A stretch of DNA of 10,715 nt, from contig JBHHYI010000140.1 in the NCBI GenBank assembly GCA_046757525.1, positions 1-10,715 of the forward strand, given 5' to 3'. Below, in pieces: positions 1-6,991 of the stretch. Below the pieces are notes generated by a model. The model was not told the DNA's origin. It searched no databases and saw nothing but the letters and a program-made list of their open reading frames with translations. Position numbers and translations under genes: made by a program. How positions within the stretch are numbered: position 1 is the first letter of the stretch; each line of letters starts with the position of its first letter. Origin of the DNA: a bacterium (GTDB lineage Bacteria > Zhuqueibacterota > Zhuqueibacteria > Oceanimicrobiales > Oceanimicrobiaceae).

Positions 1-1505
1 TGGATGTCGATATTGTGAATAATCCAGAAACTAACAGAAAACAGCACTGTGGCGGCCAACAGGGATGTGATGCCTTCAAGGGCCTCCTGGTGCAGTTGGG
101 TAATGCTCAGGAATATTTGTGCTGCCAACCAGGTGACGCCGCCAACGACAATCCCTGTCAGCGCGCCAGCCGTGACAAACTTCTTCAAGTGGCTGTAGCC
201 GGCGGCGACCAGGTAGGTGATCATGATAGCGATGAGCAGAGCCGCTTCCACGCCTTCTCGCAAGATAATGGTCAACGATTGCACGAAATCGATGCCCCAG
301 GCAGCCTCTGAAGGCTGCAAAGTCGATTTAACGTCATCGAATAAGGTGAGCAAGGTCTGCTTCCGGTGTTCCGCTTCTGCCAATGTCTGGTGGCTCTTGA
401 GCGCTCCGCGGTAAGCGGTGAATTCTTGTTCCACGGTGTTGACCAGGGTCGAGCTTTTTTGCCGCAGCGCTGGCTCTAAAGGTTCAATGCCTCGCAAATA
501 GGCGTCCAGGGACAGTTCGATGGCCGCTTCTGCATGGCCCTGACGGTAGCTGTGCAAGCTCTGGTTTATTTTTTGCCGGGCATAGTAGAGGTGCTCTTTA
601 GGATTGACCCGGGGTGGATTTTGCCGCAGGTAGTCCACAACTGCCAACCACTTGGCGTCGGCGGCGTTGCCAGAATCGGCCCAAAGTCCGGATTCTGACT
701 CTGTTTTTAAGCGATGAACCAGGTCTTCGTTAGAGGAGATCGCCAGGTCCCTGATTGAAATTTTTGACTTCTTTGCCGGCGACTTGGGCGAGAATCCCTT
801 GCGCAGGGTCAAAAGGTAGAAAGCAACATCCCAGCGCTGAATTGGAGTCAGGGCCTGCCCGTGTGAAGGCATGGCGGTGCCGGCGACCCCGTAAGTAATC
901 GCGTTGAAAAGCTGGTAAGGCGAGACTTTGTTCATCTGAACCGGATCTTGGAAGGCACTTGGCGGGGGTGTTAATTCTTTCGCCTTGGGACCGAGACCAT
1001 CGCCGGATATCCCGTGGCAAACTGCGCAGACACTTCCAAACAAGGCCTTGCCCTGGGCCAATTGGGGCTCTTCGGTGGGGAACGGAATGACATTGAATTC
1101 CTTGGAAAGCTGCTGAATTAAGGTGCCAGTCAGAACGCTGACTTGCGTCCCTTCAGCCCGGGCATTAATCAAATCATCGAGCTGTCTTAATTTGGAATAG
1201 GCGTCGTCGTGCACAAAATCCGGTTTGAGCTTTTGGTACCATCCCAGGACCGCCTTGCTGAAATCTTTCATCTCCTGCAATTCAGAAGTGTTGACAACCT
1301 TCCGGTTTTGCACGGCTTTGCCATAATCGGTACTGATGTATTGCAGGGTGAAAATGAGTTTGTTCGGTTCGACGCCAGGAGCTGTCGCGCCGGAATCCTG
1401 AGCAGAGATAGCTGCGTTTCTGTTTCGATTCAGCGGCAAAACCAGAAAAACAATGCCGACCAGCAGAGGCAAAAAGATGAGCGTATAGGACAGGCCCCGT
1501 TTCAT
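1..1505 (-). CDS. Cytochrome c / FTR1-family iron permease fusion (PbrT-like architecture), 3'-truncated by the window edge
   Basis: Absent from the ORF track because there is no stop in the window. Translated by hand from ATG 1505-1503 (GGGAG RBS just upstream), open for 501 codons. Begins MKRGLSYTLIFLPLLVGIVFLVLPL (signal/TM), then LQYISTDYGKAVQNRKVVNTSELQEMKDF (PbrT-like N-terminus). Heme c motif CAVCH at 1014-1028 in GKALFGSVCAVCHGISGDGLGP...ITYGVAGTAMPS. Then SLDAYLRGIEPLE, the FTR1 motif IILREGVEAALLI (REGxE at 246-260) and TM helices with EALEGITSLLAA. Confidence 0.93.
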   Translation of the reverse strand, partial: MKRGLSYTLIFLPLLVGIVFLVLPLNRNRNAAISAQDSGATAPGVEPNKLIFTLQYISTDYGKAVQNRKVVNTSELQEMKDFSKAVLGWYQKLKPDFVHDDAYSKLRQLDDLINARAEGTQVSVLTGTLIQQLSKEFNVIPFPTEEPQLAQGKALFGSVCAVCHGISGDGLGPKAKELTPPPSAFQDPVQMNKVSPYQLFNAITYGVAGTAMPSHGQALTPIQRWDVAFYLLTLRKGFSPKSPAKKSKISIRDLAISSNEDLVHRLKTESESGLWADSGNAADAKWLAVVDYLRQNPPRVNPKEHLYYARQKINQSLHSYRQGHAEAAIELSLDAYLRGIEPLEPALRQKSSTLVNTVEQEFTAYRGALKSHQTLAEAEHRKQTLLTLFDDVKSTLQPSEAAWGIDFVQSLTIILREGVEAALLIAIMITYLVAAGYSHLKKFVTAGALTGIVVGGVTWLAAQIFLSITQLHQEALEGITSLLAATVLFSVSFWIIHNIDI

Positions 1506-1533
1506 ATTCTCCCTTCCCGTTACCTTCACTAAA

Positions 1534-2040
1534 TTAATCGAGGTTCTTGAGTTCCTCTTCTACTCTGAGGTCCCACTCGGAGTGGCCTTCTTCAGATGCC
1601 GGACTCGTTGTTTGTTTGCTTTCGTCGCCCGAAACCGGCTGAGCAAAGCGCCTGATCTTTTTTCCCACCAAAATCAGGCCCAACACAACGGACACAGGAA
1701 TCAACCAATAAGCCAATTTGCCCATGAAATTCCCCTGGTCCGGGGTTGCCAAAATGCGCTCCCCATATTCTGCCACCATGGCTTGCAAAATGTCGTCTTT
1801 GGCCTTCCCTTGCTTTAGCAAGTCAGAGATTTCCGCACGCACCTGTCTGGCAGCACCCGATTCGTGCTGGTCGACGGTCATGTTCCAGCAGCACGGCGCA
1901 ACCAGACTGTGTTCCAGCTCCTTCTGCAGCGCCTGCTGTTTCTCGGTGTCTGTGTCAGCGGGGTAGGCGGCAAGAACGAAAAAATGGATTAGAAACAAGG
2001 CCAAACTTGCGTTCGCGAGAAATCTACTTATGCCTTTCAT
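1534..2040 (-). CDS. ccmH: Cytochrome c-type biogenesis protein CcmH/CycL/NrfF family (APCCW variant), about 168 aa
   Basis: Signal peptide, then LEHSLVAPCCWNMTVDQHESGAARQVRAEISDLLKQGKAKDDILQAMVAEYGERILATP (CcmH pattern), one TM (LAYWLIPVSVVLGLILV) and C-terminal RVEEELKNLD. Start moved from 2178 to ATG 2040, which has a GAGGTG RBS just upstream and begins a signal peptide. Confidence 0.85.
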   Translation of the reverse strand: MKGISRFLANASLALFLIHFFVLAAYPADTDTEKQQALQKELEHSLVAPCCWNMTVDQHESGAARQVRAEISDLLKQGKAKDDILQAMVAEYGERILATPDQGNFMGKLAYWLIPVSVVLGLILVGKKIRRFAQPVSGDESKQTTSPASEEGHSEWDLRVEEELKNLD

Positions 2041-2112
2041 TTCGCACCTCAACATCAAATGAAAATTGTCGAAATTGTAAGAATTTAGCCGTCTGACCAA
2101 GACTGCAAAATC

Positions 2113-2189
2113 CGCCCACAGAAACAGAAATCCCGCAGAAATAAGACTTTTTGAATTCAACTTCAGTGGGATTTTCAATTCTGTGGGCG
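2113..2189. repeat. Long imperfect inverted repeat (77 nt) in the putative ccmH 5' leader
   Basis: CGCCCACAGAA (2113-2123) pairs with TTCTGTGGGCG (2179-2189), and AAATCCC (2128-2134) pairs with GGGATTT (2168-2174). Both are symmetric about position 2151. Of the 28 arm positions (2113-2140 vs 2162-2189), 22 are Watson-Crick by manual count. Confidence 0.8.
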
Positions 2190-2227
2190 AAAAAATGATT
2201 CATTCAAATAACTATATCCTTACTCGA

Positions 2228-2256
2228 AATTTAATAAATTTTATGGATTAAGTCAA
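2228..2256 (-). promoter_or_regulatory. Putative sigma70-type promoter for ccmH-cytochrome c/FTR1
   Basis: On the minus strand: TTGACT (2256-2251), 17-nt AT-rich spacer, TAAATT (2233-2228). Confidence 0.55.
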
Positions 2257-2259
2257 GTC

Positions 2260-2277
2260 AATGGTTGCAAAACCATT
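2260..2277. promoter_or_regulatory. Short palindrome AATGGTT-N4-AACCATT (operator or weak terminator/pause hairpin) at the cpoB stop
   Basis: Perfect 7-bp inverted repeat touching the cpoB stop codon and lying just upstream of the predicted -35. No U-tract follows on the minus strand. Confidence 0.35.
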
Positions 2278-3107
2278 CAAAATTTCAAGGATTGCAGCCG
2301 CCCCTGCGCCAGTTTCGCCTCTTGAGAATTGGGGTGTTCCCGCACTACCTCTTCCAGGTACAGTTTTCCTTGTTCCGGTTCCTCTAAGTTGATGTAGGCA
2401 TAACCAATCTTCAGCAAGGCAGACGGTACTTTGTCCCCGTTCGGGTACCACTTGATGACTTTCTCGAATTCTTCAACCGATTTTGAGAAGCGGCCCTGGG
2501 CGTAATAAATCTCGCCGGTCCAGTACTGGGCGTTATCTGAGAGGTCTGAATTGGGGTAGCGTTGCAGAAACTGATTGAATCCGTGCAAGGCCAATTGGTA
2601 GTTGCCCCGAATCAAATCGCCGTAGGCGGTGTTGTAGAGCTCACGAGATTCGTCCAGACCTAACCGTTGGTTTCCGGAACTGCTGGTGGAATCGGTTGAG
2701 TCGGTAGAGGTGCGTTGAAAACTTCCTGCTTCCCAATTCTGATCGCGTGCACTAATTGTCTGAGAAAAAGTGGACATTCTGGTGTTGGACTCTGCTAATT
2801 GGTTTTGAGTGATCTCCACTTGTTGCCGCAGCTCGTCCATGAGGGCCAACAGGTCTGCCCTGGTTTGTCGTTCGTTGACCGCTTGTTCCTCTAAACGTTT
2901 TTTGACCGCATCTAATTCCCGGCGCAGGCGGACATTTTCTTCTTTGATGAACCTCAATTCGCGTTTCAGATTGTCCGTTTCCGCCTGATAAGCTCTTAAA
3001 CGATTTTGCGAGGAACACCCCTGGGTTAACACCGACAAAGTCATTGAGAGTAGAATCATAAGCAGGAAACTACGTAAAATTCTGGTGCCTTTACGGTTAG
3101 CAGCCAT
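2277..3107 (-). CDS. cpoB: Tol-Pal-associated cell division coordinator CpoB (YbgF), coiled-coil + TPR
   Basis: N-terminal signal with a possible lipid-anchor Cys31, long coiled coil, and C-terminal TPRs typical of YbgF (LYNTAYGDLIRGNYQLALHGFNQFLQRYPNSDLSDNAQYWTGEIYY...YPNGDKVPSALLKIG). Lies immediately downstream of pal. Confidence 0.92.
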   Translation of the reverse strand: MAANRKGTRILRSFLLMILLSMTLSVLTQGCSSQNRLRAYQAETDNLKRELRFIKEENVRLRRELDAVKKRLEEQAVNERQTRADLLALMDELRQQVEITQNQLAESNTRMSTFSQTISARDQNWEAGSFQRTSTDSTDSTSSSGNQRLGLDESRELYNTAYGDLIRGNYQLALHGFNQFLQRYPNSDLSDNAQYWTGEIYYAQGRFSKSVEEFEKVIKWYPNGDKVPSALLKIGYAYINLEEPEQGKLYLEEVVREHPNSQEAKLAQGRLQSLKF

Positions 3108-3124
3108 GGGCCAGGTTCCTTTTC

Positions 3125-3658
3125 TTATTGATTCAAAATGACAAATTCATCTCGGCGATTCTTGCTCCAGGCTTCAGGATTGTGCCCGGGGTCTGCGGGT
3201 CTTTCCTTACCATAACTAATAATGGCTATTCTGCCCGGCGCTATTCCATAATTTATTAAATAGTTTTTTGCCGAGAGTGCCCTGCGTTCCCCCAGAGCGA
3301 GATTGTACTCCACAGTGCCGCGTTCGTCGCAATGGCCTTCGATGCGGATTTTCAACTCCGGACTATCGACTAACTTTTGGGCGTTCTGTGCCAGGGTGCG
3401 CTTTGCCTCCGGGGTCAATTCTGACCGGTCGAAATCGAAGTAGACATTCTCCAGAATCACCGGTTCCTTTTTGGTTAGCAAATCCTCTTCAGGTTGTTTG
3501 GTTTCTTCGGGTTCTTCAATGGTAGCAGGTTCTTCTGCAATGGGCTCTTCTTCAACCGTGGCCGGCGGGTTGTACTTGAGCGTTTCTTTTTGGCCTCCGC
3601 AGCCAAGTGTCACCAGATAAATGCCCAATGCGAAAAGCGATGTTGATTTAAGCATCAT
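3125..3658 (-). CDS. pal: Peptidoglycan-associated lipoprotein Pal (OmpA-like domain)
   Basis: Lipoprotein signal ending VTLGC. Pal signatures VYFDFDRSEL, IEGHCDERGTVEYNLALGERRA, ISYGKERP, AWSKNRRDEF. The AAGGAGG RBS (3665-3671) spacing favours ATG 3658 over 3661. Confidence 0.97.
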   Translation of the reverse strand: MMLKSTSLFALGIYLVTLGCGGQKETLKYNPPATVEEEPIAEEPATIEEPEETKQPEEDLLTKKEPVILENVYFDFDRSELTPEAKRTLAQNAQKLVDSPELKIRIEGHCDERGTVEYNLALGERRALSAKNYLINYGIAPGRIAIISYGKERPADPGHNPEAWSKNRRDEFVILNQ

Positions 3659-3681
3659 CATTGTCCTCCTTAAGCGAAGTC

Positions 3682-5001
3682 TTAGAATTTAATTCTGGGC
3701 GACCAGGCAGGTAGGTAATTGTTCCCACTGCCGGTTATTCTTTTCTGGTCGGAACCATCCCAAAACATGGTGTACAGGGCCTTGTTTCCGGTTCGAGTGG
3801 AGCTAAAGGTTAAGGCAAATCCGTTGGGTGACCAGGAAGGATCTTCGTTATTGCCAGAGTACATGGTCAGGCGCATCACATTTTCTCCGGTGACGTCCAG
3901 GGTGAAGATGTCCAGGCCACTGTCGGTTCTGGCAACGTAAGCAATCTTGTCGCCCCGGGGCGACCAGGCCGGAGCTGTGTTGTAATTCCCTTCGTAGGTC
4001 AAACGGCGCACATCTACCCCGTCGGCATCCATGATGTAGATTTGTGGAGAGCCGCTGCGATCCGACGAGAAGGCGATTTCACGCCCGGAGGGGGACCAGC
4101 TTGGCGAAGAATCGATGGCACGGTTGAAGGTCAGTCGGCGCAATTTGTTCTTTCTTAGTTCCAGAACGTAGATTTCGGCATTGCCGTCTTTTGTCAACGT
4201 CAGCGCAATCTTGCTTCCGTCCGGCGACCAGTCCGGAGCAGAGTTCAGACCTTGCATGTTCGACAGAATCGTTTGGGATTGGGTCCTCAAGTCGAGCAGG
4301 TAAAGATTGGGGTTGCCATCTTTGTAGGAAGTGTAACAAATCTTGTCGCCGTCGGGGGACCAGGCCGGCGACAAGTCCAGGCTTCTGTCTTTGGTGATGA
4401 CTTTTGCGTAAAAGCCGTCGTAGTCCACAATTGAGATTTCTTTGATCTCATCATCTTTTTGCGTGACGTAGGCAAGTTTGGAATTAGCGATGCCGCGTTC
4501 GCCAGTCAAGTTGTACACGATGTCGTTGGCCATTTTGTGAACGATGTAACGGGTGCTTGCCGGGTGATCCTGGTAGCTCTCTTGAATAATCGTCTTACCT
4601 GAGGTTCGGTCTCTGAGATGAGGCTGAATCAGAACCGCATTTCTCGACATCTTGAAGCGACCGGTGATGGCGGCAATGGAGGAAGATTTCCCGTCAACAC
4701 CCGCACTGGAAAGCGCTGCGGCGAAGTCGGGTGTTCCTTGCTGCAGATTTACTTTAAAGAAACCAGACATCCACAAATCATTGCTGAGCACCTCGGTAAT
4801 CAATTCCGAAAGTCGCTCCGCGTCCTTGCCCTGCTTGTCGCTTTGGAAAGGGTACAGATCGACTTCCATTCGTTGAAAGGTCTTGGTGTAGATCTTAAGG
4901 AAAACATCCGTTTGGGAATACGCGGACATCGTCGGCAACAACAGCAACGCAGTGGTCAGAACGCAGCACCTGGCGACGCTCGTTTTTGCGGGGTTCTTCA
5001 T
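3682..5001 (-). CDS. tolB: Tol-Pal beta-propeller protein TolB
   Basis: Signal peptide, TolB N-domain (VLSNDLWMSGFF...HKMANDIVYNLTGERGIANSKLAYV), then PD40 repeats (SPAWSPDGDKI, APDWSPDGSKI, SPSWSPSGREI, APAWSPRGDKI, DPSWSPNG, LPAWSP). Located between tolA and pal. Confidence 0.97.
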   Translation of the reverse strand: MKNPAKTSVARCCVLTTALLLLPTMSAYSQTDVFLKIYTKTFQRMEVDLYPFQSDKQGKDAERLSELITEVLSNDLWMSGFFKVNLQQGTPDFAAALSSAGVDGKSSSIAAITGRFKMSRNAVLIQPHLRDRTSGKTIIQESYQDHPASTRYIVHKMANDIVYNLTGERGIANSKLAYVTQKDDEIKEISIVDYDGFYAKVITKDRSLDLSPAWSPDGDKICYTSYKDGNPNLYLLDLRTQSQTILSNMQGLNSAPDWSPDGSKIALTLTKDGNAEIYVLELRKNKLRRLTFNRAIDSSPSWSPSGREIAFSSDRSGSPQIYIMDADGVDVRRLTYEGNYNTAPAWSPRGDKIAYVARTDSGLDIFTLDVTGENVMRLTMYSGNNEDPSWSPNGFALTFSSTRTGNKALYTMFWDGSDQKRITGSGNNYLPAWSPRIKF

Positions 5002-5643
5002 CTAAATTCCCTGCTCAAATTCGAAATGAACGCCCAATTCTTTCTCGGGAAAGTCGAATGGCAACGGCGGCAGGGGATTGGCCAGCGTAACGGCACGGAT
5101 TGCGGCCTGGTCGAAAATGTAATTGCCTGAGGACTTTTCCGTGGCGATCCGCGTGATTTGTCCTTGTCGTTGAACCTTGAACGACACGATGGTTTTCATG
5201 GTTCTTTGACGCCGGGCAACATTGGCCGGAGGTTCCCAGTTGGCCTGGATGCGCGATTTCAGCAGCGCTAAATAATAGGAAAAGGGAAACTCTTTGACGT
5301 CCAGGCGCACATTCTCATCGCTTACCGTCGACTTGCCCTGGTCAGCCTTCTCTAACTTTTCCTCCACTTTGGGTTCTTCGATGGGTTCAGGCTTTTTCCT
5401 TTCGATTTTCTTTTTTTTCAGCGTTACACCTACCAGTTTATTGGGCGTCGGAGTTTCTTGTTTCAACCGGGGCTGTATTTTTTCAACTTCCGGCATTTTG
5501 TAAGATACCGGTTTGATCTCTACTAATTCAACGGGAATCACGGTTGGGTAGCCTGTCCACTCTCTGATGCCGGGTCTGCCAATTAAGAGAAAGGCAAACA
5601 GCATAATGTGCGCCGAAAAAGAAAACAGAAGGTTTAGTTTCAT
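5002..5643 (-). CDS. tolA: TolA / TonB-family energy transducer, about 213 aa
   Basis: The true start is probably ATG 5643, overlapping the tolR TGA (ATGA coupling). TM helix with the SxxxH motif (SFSAH), K/E/P-rich linker, and TonB/TolA C-domain (YLALLKSRIQANWEPP...KSSGNYIFDQAAIRAVTLANPLPPLP). Position between tolR and tolB favours TolA over TonB. Confidence 0.85.
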   Translation of the reverse strand: MKLNLLFSFSAHIMLFAFLLIGRPGIREWTGYPTVIPVELVEIKPVSYKMPEVEKIQPRLKQETPTPNKLVGVTLKKKKIERKKPEPIEEPKVEEKLEKADQGKSTVSDENVRLDVKEFPFSYYLALLKSRIQANWEPPANVARRQRTMKTIVSFKVQRQGQITRIATEKSSGNYIFDQAAIRAVTLANPLPPLPFDFPEKELGVHFEFEQGI

Positions 5644-6038
5644 CGTTTGATGGGTTTCAGAATCAAGCCCAACTTTTGGATTTTCAAGGTCTTGAGAATA
5701 TCCATGACCTCGATGACTTTTCCGTAAGGCACCTGCTTGTCTCCCTGGAGTAGTACTGGCTTCAACCTTCCGGCGGCCCTGCGGTTTTCCAGCCGTTCTC
5801 TCAAGACTTGAATGGGAATCTTTTCCTTGTTCCAAAAAAGGTTGCCTTCCTGGTCCAGGGTTAACACGATGGCCTCATTCGGGGAGATCTCTTTGGCGGC
5901 CGCTTGCGGCAAATCGACCTTCATGCCGGTGCGCAACAGCGGTGCGGCAATCACAAACACGATGAGCAAGACCAGCGTGACGTCGACCAGGTTGGTCACG
6001 TTGATCTCTGAGAGGCTGGTGTATCTACTGGACTTCAT
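5640..6038 (-). CDS. tolR: TolR (ExbD/TolR family)
   Basis: EINVTNLVDVTLVLLIVFVIAAP with the conserved TM Asp, VDLPQA, and LQGDKQVPYGKVIEVMDILK. Overlaps the end of tolQ. Confidence 0.95.
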   Translation of the reverse strand: MKSSRYTSLSEINVTNLVDVTLVLLIVFVIAAPLLRTGMKVDLPQAAAKEISPNEAIVLTLDQEGNLFWNKEKIPIQVLRERLENRRAAGRLKPVLLQGDKQVPYGKVIEVMDILKTLKIQKLGLILKPIKR

Positions 6039-6798
6039 GGACAGCCTTTCTTGCTAATACTTGCAACAAGTCGGAATAAAAGACTTCTAATTCCGAGCTG
6101 AGTCGTTTGAGTTTGTTTACGAAATAATTGTACGCGATGACCGCCGGGATGGCCGCGCCTAAACCGGCCACCGTGGTGATCAGGGCCTCTGCAATGCCCG
6201 GCGCCACCACACTCAGGTCGGCAGAGCCCGTGAACCCAATGGCCAAAAATGCGCTCATGACGCCCCAAACCGTCCCAAACAAGCCAAAAAACGGACTCAC
6301 GCTGCCGGTGGTCGCCAAGAAGACGAGAAATTTTTCCAATTTCAGAACTTCACGACTGGCGGCTGAATCGAAAATGCGGATTAAATCGTCGCTGGTTGGT
6401 TGAGATTTGGGCCGCTGTTCGCGCAGCATGCCCACCGCACCGGACATCGATGCGTCCGGTTTGTTGCGCTCGTTTTGGCTGATCTGCCAGTAGGCTGCTT
6501 TGAACACGGCTACAAAAGGATTGGTCGGAAATTTTCTGCTGACGGCTAAAATGTCGCGCACGCTATTCCGCTTTCTAAAAAATCTCAAGAATTCCTCTGA
6601 TTCCCTTTTTAGCCGTCTGAACACTCGCAGTTTATCGAATATGATGGCCCAGGAAACCACAGAAAACAGGAAAAGGATGACCAACACCGTCTTGGCCACA
6701 ATGCCCGCATTGAAAACCAAATCCAATGCGTTCTGAGAAAGCATTGCAGGGGGCTGAGGGGATTGAAAGACCAATAACGCGCTTGCAAGCAACTGCAT
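6025..6798 (-). CDS. tolQ: TolQ (MotA/TolQ/ExbB proton channel family)
   Basis: SVVSWAII first TM, FLATTGSVSPFFGLFGTVWGVMSAF, and VAPGIAEALITTVAGLGAAIPAVIAYNYF. First gene of the tol-pal operon. The start could alternatively be the Met at codon 19. Confidence 0.96.
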   Translation of the reverse strand: MQLLASALLVFQSPQPPAMLSQNALDLVFNAGIVAKTVLVILFLFSVVSWAIIFDKLRVFRRLKRESEEFLRFFRKRNSVRDILAVSRKFPTNPFVAVFKAAYWQISQNERNKPDASMSGAVGMLREQRPKSQPTSDDLIRIFDSAASREVLKLEKFLVFLATTGSVSPFFGLFGTVWGVMSAFLAIGFTGSADLSVVAPGIAEALITTVAGLGAAIPAVIAYNYFVNKLKRLSSELEVFYSDLLQVLARKAVHEVQ

Positions 6799-6912
6799 AG
6801 AATTACACCGTTCCCGAATTTATTCGTTTCGCATTTTTTACATTAAAAGCTTTTAGAAGTTCCCGCAGGAACCCATTATGTCGTCTCAAGGTGCTGGAAT
6901 TCTTGAATATCC

Positions 6913-6941
6913 AATATATTTCTCTAAAAAATAAAAAGCAA
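6913..6941 (-). promoter_or_regulatory. Putative sigma70-type promoter of the tol-pal operon
   Basis: On the minus strand: TTGCTT (6941-6936), 17-nt spacer, TATATT (6918-6913), about 115 nt upstream of the tolQ ATG. Confidence 0.6.
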
Positions 6942-6963
6942 GGCAAAAATCGCCGCCTTGCTT
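6926..6963 (-). terminator. Rho-independent terminator downstream of the ATPase array
   Basis: Minus-strand RNA AAGCAAGGC-GGCGAUUUUU-GCCUUGCUU (9-bp stem) followed by UUUAUUUUUU, starting about 28 nt after the stop at 6992. Confidence 0.8.
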
Positions 6964-6991
6964 AATATAACACTCAAATGCCTGTTTTTAT

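Noticed and set aside
301..318. Hairpin GCAGCCT-CTGA-AGGCTGC
   Set aside because: Inside coding sequence with no U-tract; compatible with chance.
15..1532. Short ORFs 15-311, 217-414, 730-1020 and 1209-1532
   Set aside because: Antisense or off-frame shadows of the cytochrome c-FTR1 gene with no recognisable motifs.
2055..2080. Fur-box-like AAATGAAAATTGTC upstream of ccmH
   Set aside because: Only about half the positions match GATAATGATAATCATTATC and there is no dyad symmetry.
2041..2178. 46-aa N-terminal extension of CcmH in the ORF track
   Set aside because: It overlaps the hairpin leader, and ATG 2040 has a good RBS and begins a signal peptide.
5644..5835. 64-aa N-terminal extension of TolA in the ORF track
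   Set aside because: It lies within tolR; the ATGA overlap at 5640-5643 gives a typical TM-first start.
5002..6798. Reading these genes as TonB-ExbB-ExbD or a gliding motor (AglRQS)
   Set aside because: They are followed directly by tolB-pal-cpoB in canonical order, so Tol-Pal is the simplest call.
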